A stretch of DNA of 64,000 nucleotides from an uncultured SAR86 cluster bacterium (GCA_964276235.1 CAXYEK010000001.1:278061-342060); one strand, 5' to 3'. Shown: positions 47,499-57,040, counted from the stretch's first letter. Notes: generated from the letters alone by a model not told the origin. Translations and numbers: made by a program.

Positions 47499-48961
47499 TG
47501 ACAACAAAGAACTATTTAATACCATTTTTATTTGGTTTTATTGGAATACTTTCTTTTGCGCCCTTCTCCATCAAGCCTCTTATTTTCTTATCGTATGCTT
47601 ACTTAATAAAAGAATTAGTTTACAAAAATAAATCCAAATTTAAAAAGTTAATAGCATGGTCAATTGGGCATTGGGGATTCGGTATGTCTTGGATAATAGT
47701 AAGTGTTTACTATTATGGAAACACCAATTTATTATTGTCTTTGATAGTTTTTATTCTTTTATTGGCAATTCTTACTTTAGTATTTTCATTGCCATTGTAT
47801 GTCCTTAAAATAAGGCTATTTAATGATTTTCGATATGAGAAATCGATTGAAATATTTTATGTGAGCAGTCTATTAATCATTAGTGAGTGGTCTATGTATT
47901 TTCTACTCAATGGTGTTCCCTGGATAATTCCAGGAACTATATTCTTAGATACAATCACTCAAAATTTATACCCTATTCTGGGAGTTGCAGGCGCTTCATT
48001 TTTCATTTACTTCCTCTCAACATTATTAGCATCCGTATGGGTAAAAAATAAAAAAATTGCATACCTAATATTTATCCCAATAGTTATTCTTCTTTTACCA
48101 AATACTCCTAAAGAAAAGGATCAATCGAAATCTATCAATATTTCAATAGTTCAACCTTCATCAGATCCTTTTTTAAAATATACCTCTGGATATAAAAGTA
48201 GTATCGAAACAAACCTTATCGTATTAAGTGCTGATATTGCAGATAATTCAGAATTAGTTGTATATCCTGAAGCTGAACTTCCGTATGCATTAGAAAGCAA
48301 TGATTTTATCAGTTTTATAGATAAATTAGATTCATCTAAGACTATTATTACTGGAGCCTGGCACTTTGAAGATAAAAAACTATATAACTCAATGATTAAT
48401 ATAGACACAGGTCAGATATACAATAAGATACATTTGGTGCCATTTGGTGAATATATCCCATTTATCGCCTCTTTAAGAGGTTTAATATCGTTCTTTGATA
48501 TGCCAATGTCTGATGTAAACCATGGAAAACAGGGGCAAAAATCTATAAATTCTAAAATAGGGGCATTTTCTCCCTTAATTTGTTATGACATAGCCTTTCC
48601 AAATACCGTTAGATTAAGCAACATAAGTTCACAATTTATCATAAATATTAGTAATGATACTTGGTTTGGTTCATCAATAGGCCCTTATCAGCACTTAGAT
48701 ATAGCTAGAGTTCGAGCTATTGAAAATAATAAGTGGTTAATTAGATCTACAAATGATGGATTCTCTGCTGTTATTGATAATAATGGAACAATTGTTGATA
48801 AATTAGATAAGGGTGAATCTGGAGTTATTAATAGTAGTATAAAATTAATAGAAAAAAGAACCTTTTACAATATATATGGGCATTTTATACCTTATCTTTC
48901 TGCTTTATTAATTATTTTTATATCAGTTATAATCAATATATGTTTAAAAAGACGTATCTAA
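47495..48961 (+). CDS. lnt: Apolipoprotein N-acyltransferase
   Basis: N-terminal polytopic region plus a nitrilase-like domain with PEAELP and LICYDIAFP. Confidence 0.85.
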   Translation: MMTTKNYLIPFLFGFIGILSFAPFSIKPLIFLSYAYLIKELVYKNKSKFKKLIAWSIGHWGFGMSWIIVSVYYYGNTNLLLSLIVFILLLAILTLVFSLPLYVLKIRLFNDFRYEKSIEIFYVSSLLIISEWSMYFLLNGVPWIIPGTIFLDTITQNLYPILGVAGASFFIYFLSTLLASVWVKNKKIAYLIFIPIVILLLPNTPKEKDQSKSINISIVQPSSDPFLKYTSGYKSSIETNLIVLSADIADNSELVVYPEAELPYALESNDFISFIDKLDSSKTIITGAWHFEDKKLYNSMINIDTGQIYNKIHLVPFGEYIPFIASLRGLISFFDMPMSDVNHGKQGQKSINSKIGAFSPLICYDIAFPNTVRLSNISSQFIINISNDTWFGSSIGPYQHLDIARVRAIENNKWLIRSTNDGFSAVIDNNGTIVDKLDKGESGVINSSIKLIEKRTFYNIYGHFIPYLSALLIIFISVIINICLKRRI

Positions 48962-49482
48962 TACTTTATATGGTAGCACTATCAATTAACATTGAAGCAA
49001 ATGCCTTCAGAATAGAGATTGATGTCTCTCAACAAAGGCTATATGTTATTAATAATGACAAAATTGAGATCTCATATCCAATATCTTCTTCAGAATATGG
49101 AGAAGGAAGTATAGAAAATTCATTTAAAACCCCTCTGGGAAGGCATGTAATTAGAGAAAAGATAGGGCAGGGAGCAGATATCAATACTATTTTTACTTCA
49201 AGAATAGATACCACAAGGCAAGCAGAAGTAATAGAAAAGCCTATTAAATCAAATGATGACTTCGTGACATCAAGAATAATGTGGTTAGATGGAGAAGAGC
49301 CTGGTTTAAATAAAGGAGGTAAAGTTGACTCCTATAGACGATATATCTATATACATGGAACTCACGAGGAGGGCCTTATTGGTGCAAAAGCATCACATGG
49401 ATGCATAAGAATGTTCAATTCTGACGTTATTGAGCTCTACGATTTAGTTACAATAGGGACAAAAGTTCTAATTAAAGCCTAA
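48940..49482 (+). CDS. L,D-transpeptidase (YkuD) domain protein, secreted
   Basis: Signal-peptide-like N-terminus and the catalytic HGT...SHGCIRM motif. Confidence 0.75.
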   Translation: MFKKTYLILYMVALSINIEANAFRIEIDVSQQRLYVINNDKIEISYPISSSEYGEGSIENSFKTPLGRHVIREKIGQGADINTIFTSRIDTTRQAEVIEKPIKSNDDFVTSRIMWLDGEEPGLNKGGKVDSYRRYIYIHGTHEEGLIGAKASHGCIRMFNSDVIELYDLVTIGTKVLIKA

Positions 49483-49506
49483 AGTCCCTAAATTCTGTTT
49501 TTATAT

Positions 49507-51660
49507 CTAGAAATTATTTGCCACAGATGACTTAGCAAAGTTTAATCTTTCCTTTCTATCCTCTGGTGCAGGCGCATCACCTAGTTTTCCGCCACTATTA
49601 GCTAGTTTTACAAGCAAATCACTTGGTTTGTAGACATCGTTACCAGTAATTGCTGCATATTTTTCTAATTTTTCAACAACTACATCTAAACCCATGGCAT
49701 TTGCATGATGCATAGGACCACCTCGCCATATAGGGAAACCATAGCCATTAATATAGACTACGTCTAAATCAGCAGCTCTTTGAGCTACGCCTTCAGATAA
49801 TATATCAGCACCTTCGTTGATAAGAGCAAGAATGCATCTATCCACAATTTCTACATCTGAGATTTCTCTTCTTGTAAAACCATTTTCAGCAGATATTTTT
49901 TCATATGTTGCTTCATTTTCTGGAGCAGGATTTGGAGCTCTAGATCCTTCATTATAATTGTAATAACCTTTTCCATTTTTCTGTCCAAACCTATCATTGT
50001 CACAAAGGTTATCACCTATTTTTGCATGTAATGGAGATTCCATGCCACCAAGCTTTCTTGCTCTCCAACCAAGATCTAGACCAACTAGGTCCATCATTCT
50101 AAAAGGACCCATGTTCAGGCCAAATGATTCTAATGCTTGATCAACTTGATGAGGCAGGGCACCTTCTAAAAGTAACATGTTCGCTTGAGCCGTATAACCA
50201 AACAACATTCTGTTTCCAATAAACCCAGGAGCATTTAAAGATACTACTGCTGCCTTCTTAATCTTTTTACTAACAGCCATTACTGTAGCTAGAGTTTCAT
50301 GAGATGTTGCCTCTCCTCTTACCACCTCTAAAAGCTTCATTATATTAGCTGGACTAAAAAAGTGAGTACCTACTACCATTTCAGGTCTTTTAGTTACTGC
50401 AGCTATAGAATCTATATCAAGACCAGATGTATTACTTGCTAGGATAGCTCCTGGCTTTACATGCTCATCTAAGCTCTTAAATATTTCCATTTTCAAGTCA
50501 ATATTTTCGTAGACTGCTTCGATTGCTATGTCACAATCATGAAGATCTTTGTACTCTAAACTTGAAGAAATTAGACCAAAAACCATGTCTTTCTGTTCTG
50601 ATGTCATTCTTCCTCTTCCAACCATGAAGTCATAATTTTTTTCAATTACAGACATACCTCTTTTAAGGTTTTCTTCATCTTGGTCAATAATATGTACAGG
50701 TATACCAGCATTAGCAAAACACATTGCTATTCCGCCACCCATTGTTCCTGATCCAATAATTCCAGCTTTTTTAATATCCATAATAGGAGTATCTTTAGGT
50801 ACATCTGAAACTTTAGACGCAGCTCTTTCTCCAAAGAATATATGTATCATTGCCTCTCTTTGAGGATGAACTAAACACTCTAAAAAGTAATCGCCCTCTT
50901 TCTTTAATCCCTCATCGAAATCATCTAAATTTATAGCTGCTTCAACACATTTGATTATCTGACCAGGTGCAAATTGACCTTTTCTTGTTTTTGCTGCCAT
51001 TGCTTGTGCTTCTACAAGAACGTTATCTGATCCTCTAGCTTCTATCATTTTATCGTTGAGATTTCTAACCATTGGATGACTATCGCTACTAACAGCCTTA
51101 TCTTTGATAAACGCTATCGAGTCTTCGACAACATTATCCGACAATGAATCCACAATACCCATTGATAATGCTTTTTTTGCAGGCACATGAGCACCTGATA
51201 GCATCATTTTCAACGCTTCTGCAGGCCCAACTAGTCTGGGTAATCTTTGCGTTCCGCCACCACCTGGAAGAAGTCCAAGATTGACTTCTGGAAGCCCAAC
51301 AAATGCTGAATTTGAAGCTATTCTATAATTACAACAAAGAGCAGTTTCTAATCCACCGCCGAGTGCAAGTCCATTCAAAGCAGCAACTAAAGGCTTTGAG
51401 CAGTATTCTAGGCTCTTAAAGACACTATTAAGGCTATGTCCTTCACCTTTACCACCAAATTCAGAAATATCAGCACCAGCTATGAAAGCTCTGCCTTTCC
51501 CAGTTAAAACTACTCCGACAACCTCAGTATCAGCTTCAGCCTTAGCTATGCCTTCATATAGACCATTTCTAACACCCTCACTTAAAGGATTTACAGGTGG
51601 GTTATCGACCGTTAGAAGGGCTACACCATCTCTAACTTCATAATGAACAGTTCCTTTCAA
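49507..51660 (-). CDS. Bifunctional enoyl-CoA hydratase / 3-hydroxyacyl-CoA dehydrogenase (FadB/FadJ-like)
   Basis: N-terminal crotonase fold (FIAGADISEF, GGGLE) and central IGSGTMGGGIA NAD motif; 717 aa, TTG start. No fadA is adjacent. Confidence 0.85.
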   Translation of the reverse strand: MKGTVHYEVRDGVALLTVDNPPVNPLSEGVRNGLYEGIAKAEADTEVVGVVLTGKGRAFIAGADISEFGGKGEGHSLNSVFKSLEYCSKPLVAALNGLALGGGLETALCCNYRIASNSAFVGLPEVNLGLLPGGGGTQRLPRLVGPAEALKMMLSGAHVPAKKALSMGIVDSLSDNVVEDSIAFIKDKAVSSDSHPMVRNLNDKMIEARGSDNVLVEAQAMAAKTRKGQFAPGQIIKCVEAAINLDDFDEGLKKEGDYFLECLVHPQREAMIHIFFGERAASKVSDVPKDTPIMDIKKAGIIGSGTMGGGIAMCFANAGIPVHIIDQDEENLKRGMSVIEKNYDFMVGRGRMTSEQKDMVFGLISSSLEYKDLHDCDIAIEAVYENIDLKMEIFKSLDEHVKPGAILASNTSGLDIDSIAAVTKRPEMVVGTHFFSPANIMKLLEVVRGEATSHETLATVMAVSKKIKKAAVVSLNAPGFIGNRMLFGYTAQANMLLLEGALPHQVDQALESFGLNMGPFRMMDLVGLDLGWRARKLGGMESPLHAKIGDNLCDNDRFGQKNGKGYYNYNEGSRAPNPAPENEATYEKISAENGFTRREISDVEIVDRCILALINEGADILSEGVAQRAADLDVVYINGYGFPIWRGGPMHHANAMGLDVVVEKLEKYAAITGNDVYKPSDLLVKLANSGGKLGDAPAPEDRKERLNFAKSSVANNF

Positions 51661-51727
51661 TTTATTCTCCTAAATTTGCTGAAAAAGTATTATACATAAA
51701 TAATTACAACTTTCTTTATAAATGTTA

Positions 51728-51755
51728 TTGATAATCAATTATAAGTATGTATAAT
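51728..51755 (+). promoter_or_regulatory. Sigma70-like promoter TTGATA-N16-TATAAT
   Basis: -35 TTGATA at 51728-51733 and -10 TATAAT at 51750-51755, read directly. The predicted start, near 51761, coincides with the first base of a stem-loop. Confidence 0.45.
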
Positions 51756-51760
51756 AAAGA

Positions 51761-51838
51761 GTCAGCTTAACTCTCCCCCCTATTAGAATTTGCTGACACT
51801 CTGAAATAGTATGGAGAGCTTCGGCTCTCCATTTTTTA
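51761..51838 (+). ncRNA. Candidate small RNA or cis-acting leader: C-rich stem-loop plus intrinsic terminator
   Basis: GUCAGC (51761-66) pairs with GCUGAC (51792-97), and the loop contains CUCUCCCCCC. Then GGAGAGC-UUCG-GCUCUCC (51813-30) and U6. No upstream + strand gene needs this terminator. Confidence 0.45.
51813..51837 (+). terminator. Rho-independent terminator (7-bp GC-rich stem, UUCG tetraloop, U6)
   Basis: GGAGAGC TTCG GCTCTCC A TTTTTT, read directly. Confidence 0.75.
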
Positions 51839-51859
51839 ATCAAACAATAAGGTTTTTAA

Positions 51860-51946
51860 ATGGAAAAGTATAAAGAAGTATTTGAAACAGCCGCATTAGT
51901 AAGTTTCTTTCTCATATCAATAATAGCAATCGCACCGATTACATAA
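51860..51946 (+). CDS. Candidate 28-aa hydrophobic micro-protein
   Basis: Manual translation gives MEKYKEVFETAALVSFFLISIIAIAPIT*. AAGG lies 7 nt upstream of the ATG. There is one predicted TM helix. It lies between the terminator and gpx. Confidence 0.3.
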   Translation: MEKYKEVFETAALVSFFLISIIAIAPIT

Positions 51947-51967
51947 TTAGTCATATATAATAATTAT

Positions 51968-52495
51968 ATGAAAAAATCATATATATTTAGTTTTTTAATA
52001 TTATTTTCAATACATGGTCATTCATGTACTGATCTTCTAGATACTGACATGAGAATTTTAGATTCAGCAGAATCTAGAAATCTTTGCGAATATGAAGGAA
52101 AAACTCTCTTGGTCGTTAATGTTGCCAGTAGGTGTGGATACACTTATCAATATGCAGGCCTTCAAAATTTATATGAAAAATATAAAGAAGATGATTTTCT
52201 TGTTATCGGAATACCTTCAAGAGATTTTCTTCAAGAATACTCTGATGAAAGTGATGTTGCCGAATTCTGTTCAACTGAATACGGTGTAGATTTTCCTATG
52301 TTCTCGACAGTTAAGGTCAGAGGAAAAAAAGCACATCCTTTTTATAAAAAATTGAAAGCTGAATCTGGAGTTGCACCAAGCTGGAACTTTAATAAGTTTT
52401 TAATATCTAAAGAAGGAAAAGTTATCTCTACATATGGCTCAGGTATAAAGCCTGATTCAATAGAGCTAATTTCTGCAATAGAAAAACTTCTATAA
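51968..52495 (+). CDS. Glutathione peroxidase family protein (Cys-type, BtuE-like) with a signal peptide
   Basis: VNVASRCGYT (Cys codon TGT, not UGA), FPMF and WNFNKFLI motifs. The N-terminus is hydrophobic. Confidence 0.85.
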   Translation: MKKSYIFSFLILFSIHGHSCTDLLDTDMRILDSAESRNLCEYEGKTLLVVNVASRCGYTYQYAGLQNLYEKYKEDDFLVIGIPSRDFLQEYSDESDVAEFCSTEYGVDFPMFSTVKVRGKKAHPFYKKLKAESGVAPSWNFNKFLISKEGKVISTYGSGIKPDSIELISAIEKLL

Positions 52496-52499
52496 GTTA

Positions 52500-53135
52500 C
52501 TAACCAACTAGAACTACACCTGGCTTATTAAAAGCAAATATTCCATTATCCACAACACCTGGTATATTATTTATCAAAGCTTCTAAGGCATCTGGATTTG
52601 AAATATCTATTTCAGTAACATCAAGAATCTGGTTCCCCTGATCCGTCAAGAATCCAGCTCTATAAGTAGGAATACCTCCTAAAGATAAAATTTTTCTTGC
52701 TACCAGGCTTCTACTTTCTGGAATTACCTCTACAGGAAGAGGAAATGCACCTAACTTACTGACCATCTTTGAATCATCAACAATGCATATAAACTCATTA
52801 GATGCAGATGCAACTATCTTCTCTCTAGTATGAGCACCACCACCACCTTTGATTAATTCATAATTTGGCGACACCTCATCAGCACCGTCAATATAAAAGG
52901 CAATTTCGGAAACATCATTAAGGTTGAAAACCTCAATACCATTCTCACTTAAAAGGCGGGAAGATGCTTCTGAACTTGAAACTGCACCAGCAAAATTATT
53001 TTTTAAATTTTTTAATTCTTCGATAAAAAAGTTAACTGTTGAACCTGTACCTATGCCTAAAATAGTTTCTGGATACAATTTATTTTCTATGTATTTGATT
53101 GCTTGTTTAGCAACATTTATCTTTGAGCCACTCAT
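52500..53135 (-). CDS. rpiA: Ribose-5-phosphate isomerase A
   Basis: GIGTGST, DGADE and KGGGGA motifs. Confidence 0.9.
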   Translation of the reverse strand: MSGSKINVAKQAIKYIENKLYPETILGIGTGSTVNFFIEELKNLKNNFAGAVSSSEASSRLLSENGIEVFNLNDVSEIAFYIDGADEVSPNYELIKGGGGAHTREKIVASASNEFICIVDDSKMVSKLGAFPLPVEVIPESRSLVARKILSLGGIPTYRAGFLTDQGNQILDVTEIDISNPDALEALINNIPGVVDNGIFAFNKPGVVLVG

Positions 53136-53173
53136 AACGTTATAATACTAGAAAACAACAATAGATAATTAAG

Positions 53174-54724
53174 TTGAGATTAAAAATAAAAAAAACAGGT
53201 TCTTTTAAGAATTCTAAAAAGTATCTAAAACTTATTAATAATGCATCTGTATATGATGTAGCAATAAAATCGCCTATAACTTTTGCTCCCAATATGTCTT
53301 TGAAAGAGGGCAATAAAATTTTTCTTAAGAGAGAAGATCTTCAACCTATTTTCTCTTTCAAAAATAGAGGGGCCTATAATAAGATATTTAATTTATCTGA
53401 CGATCAGAAGAAGAGGGGTGTCATTGCTGCTTCAGCTGGTAATCATGCACAAGGAGTAGCTAGTGCTTGTAAGAAATTAAAAATTAAATGCATGATTGTT
53501 ATGCCAATAACAACACCAGAAATAAAGATTAAAGATGTAAAGAGATTTGGTGCAAAAATATTACAACACGGCGATAACGTAGACGCAGCGTTAAAAGAGG
53601 CGCTATCCATCGCAAAAAAAAGAAAACTATCTTTCGTTCATCCTTTTGATGATCCATTAACAATTGCAGGCCAAGGAACAATAGGAAAAGAAATTTTAGA
53701 AGACGAAAATGATTTTGATGCAGTTTTTGTCCCTGTTGGAGGAGGGGGAATTTTGGCTGGTGTTTCGGCATGGATAGCTCAGAAAAATAACAAAACAAAA
53801 ATTATTGGTGTTGAGGTTGAAGATTCTGCTTGCTTTGCAGAAGCGATTAAAGCTAACAAGAGAGTTACTCTTAAAGAGGTTGGTCTTTTCGCAGATGGTG
53901 TAGCTGTTGCTCAAGTTGGAAAAAATAATTTTGATGTTGCTAAAGAATGTGTTGATGAAGTTATAACTGTTAGTGTTGATGAGGTTTGCGCCGCTGTTAA
54001 AGATATTTTTGAAGACACTAGGGTTCTTTCGGAACCTGCAGGGGCATTGGCTCTAGCTGGTCTTAAGGCATACTCAAACAAGGTAAAAGGTAAAAAACTT
54101 ATTGCGATTAGCTCTGGAGCTAATGTCAATTTCCAAAGACTTAGTTTTATTGTGGATAGATCAGAGTTTGGAGAAAACAGAGAAAAGATATTGAGCATTA
54201 AGATTCCAGAAATTGCTGGTAGCTTTTTAACTTTATGCAGGATGTTTTCAAATACTCAAATAACCGAGTTTAATTATAGGAAATCTGATTCGAAAGATGC
54301 ATATGTATTAGTTGGAGTAAGAACTAAAACAGAGAAATCCTTCAATGCATTAAAGCAAAGATTAAAAAAGTCTGCCTTTACCTTTAGTGACTATACAAAA
54401 AATGAGATTTCAAATGATCATTTAAGGCATATGGTTGGCGGTAGAGCGAATAACCAATTAGATGCTGGAAACAATGAAAGAATATTCAAGTGTGAGTTTC
54501 CACAAAAGCCTGGAGTATTACTTTCATTTTTAGAGAATTTTGGAAGCAAAAGAAGTATTTCTTTATTTCATTACAGAGATCTTGGATCAGCTTTTGCAAA
54601 AATACTAATCGGTATTGAAGATAATGAAAATGACAAATCTAAATTGTTAAAGCACTTAGATAAATCAGGAACAAGCTTTACAGAAGAAACTTCAAATAAG
54701 GCATATAAAGACTTTTTAAAATAA
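53174..54724 (+). CDS. ilvA: Biosynthetic threonine ammonia-lyase (threonine dehydratase)
   Basis: PLP Lys motif FSFKNRGAYN, GGGGL loop and two C-terminal ACT-like regulatory repeats; 516 aa. Confidence 0.92.
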   Translation: MRLKIKKTGSFKNSKKYLKLINNASVYDVAIKSPITFAPNMSLKEGNKIFLKREDLQPIFSFKNRGAYNKIFNLSDDQKKRGVIAASAGNHAQGVASACKKLKIKCMIVMPITTPEIKIKDVKRFGAKILQHGDNVDAALKEALSIAKKRKLSFVHPFDDPLTIAGQGTIGKEILEDENDFDAVFVPVGGGGILAGVSAWIAQKNNKTKIIGVEVEDSACFAEAIKANKRVTLKEVGLFADGVAVAQVGKNNFDVAKECVDEVITVSVDEVCAAVKDIFEDTRVLSEPAGALALAGLKAYSNKVKGKKLIAISSGANVNFQRLSFIVDRSEFGENREKILSIKIPEIAGSFLTLCRMFSNTQITEFNYRKSDSKDAYVLVGVRTKTEKSFNALKQRLKKSAFTFSDYTKNEISNDHLRHMVGGRANNQLDAGNNERIFKCEFPQKPGVLLSFLENFGSKRSISLFHYRDLGSAFAKILIGIEDNENDKSKLLKHLDKSGTSFTEETSNKAYKDFLK

Positions 54725-54728
54725 GTTC

Positions 54729-57011
54729 TTAATATTTTAATCTAAGCTTAATAGATAAAACTTCATCACTTGCTTCTTCCCAAGGGTCCTTGAATATTTG
54801 AGAGGTATTTTTATCATCATCCTCGTCATATACGGATCCACCTTTTGAATAGACCACATATAGATAAGATAGTGGCGCAATCTCATATTTATATCTGACC
54901 TGAAATGAAGCGACACCATTTGTAAATGGCTTAACTTCAGAAGAGCCTTGAGAAAGGTAGCCTGCATAATTTGAAACCAAACTTCTAGGATTCTCTGCCT
55001 CAAGAGCTATGAACTGACTTTTGAGCCTAATTTCATGCTTACTGCTGTTATACCAATTTAAATCAATAGAAATTATTTTTTGTTTAAGATCGAAAGTAGC
55101 AAGATTATTTTGATCTATCCAATTTAGCCATTCTTTTTCTTTCTTAATTCTTATCTCAGTTTTGATAGTTAGATTGTCATTTGGAAAAATTTTTCCAGCA
55201 ACTTTGAAAAATCTTTTGCTGTAACCTTTTGAATCCCAAGTGTCATATTTATCGCCTTTATCAAAACTTACTCGCCAATCATAGGTCCAAAAATTAAAGT
55301 TTTGTGCTTCAAAATCTCCAGTGATGCTAATATTATTTTTTACTTTTACAAATGGATATAAATCATTCTTTCTAGTGATAGTTGTATTTTTACCTGATGA
55401 TTTTAGACCAAACATAAGTTCAAACCTTGATCTATCTTTAAATCGCATTTCATTTTTTTGCCAAATATTAAGAGGATTCGAATTACCTGAAGTGTCAGAA
55501 TCATAATTAAAGTCTATTCCAAAATCTATCTGTTCAAAAATAGATGATTCATTAAAATCAGTTTTAGTAATATCAGTTCCTACGCCAACGTGGAACCAGT
55601 CACTTCTTTTTAAGTACCCAAAATCATTTAATTTAAAATCATCTTCAAAATAAACAATGCTCCCTGATCTCCTACTATTTTTTGTAGGCTTATAAACAAA
55701 TTGTGATCGAAGACCTAATCCAGAATTATTATTCTTCTCAGATGAAAGAATATCTGTATAAAGGGTAAGTTTTTTTGATTTAACATTACTAAAATCAAAG
55801 ACGTTGACAGTAGCGGTTTCATCCAAAAAATTATTTACAACATGAGTTAACATATAGCCATATGTTTTGTTGCCAACTGTAGTTTTAGATCTCACAGCAT
55901 AATAGTCTCTTCCTTTTGAGTAGGCCTCATCTGTTTCTTGGGCAACAAAAAAACCTGTTTCAGTATCATTATTTTTCTGAGTATACCTAAGTGCAAAATC
56001 TATATCAGAGTAGTTTTTTTTAGCATTATTACAACTATTCTCATTAGATGCATTTGAGCAATCATACTGCGAAGCAGAGCCAATTCTTCTAGTATTTATA
56101 ACGCTGTATCTATCGTAATGATTTATATTAAATAAAGATTGATTCTCATTAAAAAAAGCTCTTTTTTCAGAATAAAAAGTTTCTTGGGCAGAAAAATTTA
56201 TCACAACTTCATCACTCTCTGCTTGACCAAAATCAGGGTTAACTGTCAAATTAACCTGTTTCCCAGTTCCTGTATTATAGAAAACTTCAGCACCTACTTT
56301 GTTTTCATCAAAATTTGAAACAGAGTTATAAGTCTTCGAAACATAAGGAAAGAAGTTCAGCTTACTTTTTGTAAAGTTTCGAACTTCGAATGTATCCATG
56401 CTTGATAAAAAATCTGTTCTAAATCCGTTTGTTTTGCTGGAATTTATCCAAATTTGATCATTCGCAATATATCTAAAAGTTGTTACATTAATCGTTCGAA
56501 AATCTGATGAAAAATTTTTCATTAAAACAACATTCCAAGGTATGTAATATTCCGATATCCAAAAATCATCATATTTTTTTGTTTTAACTTCCCAATCTCC
56601 ATCCCAATCATATTTTGGAGATCCTCCAAGCGCTCTTATGCCATCAGCTTGAACATCAGCCAAAGTAACCTGAAACATGTATGCTTTAGATCTATTACCA
56701 TCAAAATCTATTGCTATACCGTTTTGGTCGCTAGTTTCTGGAGTTTGATCTCGCATTGATTTATTAGTCATCATTGATGATTTTTTTTGATAGTTCTTAA
56801 AACTTACATATATACCATCCTCATTCGAGAAGATTAATGCGGTAGTCTTATATTCTGATTTTTTTAATGTATATGGCGAGACTTCATAATAGTTATCTAT
56901 GACTGCAGCTGTTTGCCATTCAGGCTCATTAAGATTCCCATCAATAGAAATTGATTCTGCTAAAAATGGTAATGCAAAGAAGAGTAAGGAATATTTGAGA
57001 TATTTAATCAT
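54729..57011 (-). CDS. Large secreted / outer-membrane protein, CBM9-like N-domain plus DUF5916-like beta-rich C-region
   Basis: Signal peptide and IDGNLNEPEWQTA...YYEVSP (CBM9-like start). The remainder is long, aromatic-rich and Gly/Asn-rich, ending ...LRLKY (C-terminal aromatic, OMP-like). Family names are from memory. Confidence 0.6.
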   Translation of the reverse strand: MIKYLKYSLLFFALPFLAESISIDGNLNEPEWQTAAVIDNYYEVSPYTLKKSEYKTTALIFSNEDGIYVSFKNYQKKSSMMTNKSMRDQTPETSDQNGIAIDFDGNRSKAYMFQVTLADVQADGIRALGGSPKYDWDGDWEVKTKKYDDFWISEYYIPWNVVLMKNFSSDFRTINVTTFRYIANDQIWINSSKTNGFRTDFLSSMDTFEVRNFTKSKLNFFPYVSKTYNSVSNFDENKVGAEVFYNTGTGKQVNLTVNPDFGQAESDEVVINFSAQETFYSEKRAFFNENQSLFNINHYDRYSVINTRRIGSASQYDCSNASNENSCNNAKKNYSDIDFALRYTQKNNDTETGFFVAQETDEAYSKGRDYYAVRSKTTVGNKTYGYMLTHVVNNFLDETATVNVFDFSNVKSKKLTLYTDILSSEKNNNSGLGLRSQFVYKPTKNSRRSGSIVYFEDDFKLNDFGYLKRSDWFHVGVGTDITKTDFNESSIFEQIDFGIDFNYDSDTSGNSNPLNIWQKNEMRFKDRSRFELMFGLKSSGKNTTITRKNDLYPFVKVKNNISITGDFEAQNFNFWTYDWRVSFDKGDKYDTWDSKGYSKRFFKVAGKIFPNDNLTIKTEIRIKKEKEWLNWIDQNNLATFDLKQKIISIDLNWYNSSKHEIRLKSQFIALEAENPRSLVSNYAGYLSQGSSEVKPFTNGVASFQVRYKYEIAPLSYLYVVYSKGGSVYDEDDDKNTSQIFKDPWEEASDEVLSIKLRLKY

Positions 57012-57040
57012 ACGTTTTTATATCGAACGTATTTTATATT

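Noticed and set aside
51811-51873. 20-codon ORF (MESFGSPFFNQTIRFLNGKV) spanning the terminator hairpin, as a possible leader peptide
   Set aside because: It has no Shine-Dalgarno upstream, and the ORF is largely dictated by the hairpin and U-tract sequence. It cannot be distinguished from chance.
52133-52135. Possible selenocysteine recoding in the glutathione peroxidase
   Set aside because: The active-site residue is encoded by TGT (Cys) in VASRCGYT. There is no in-frame UGA and no SECIS-like hairpin is needed.
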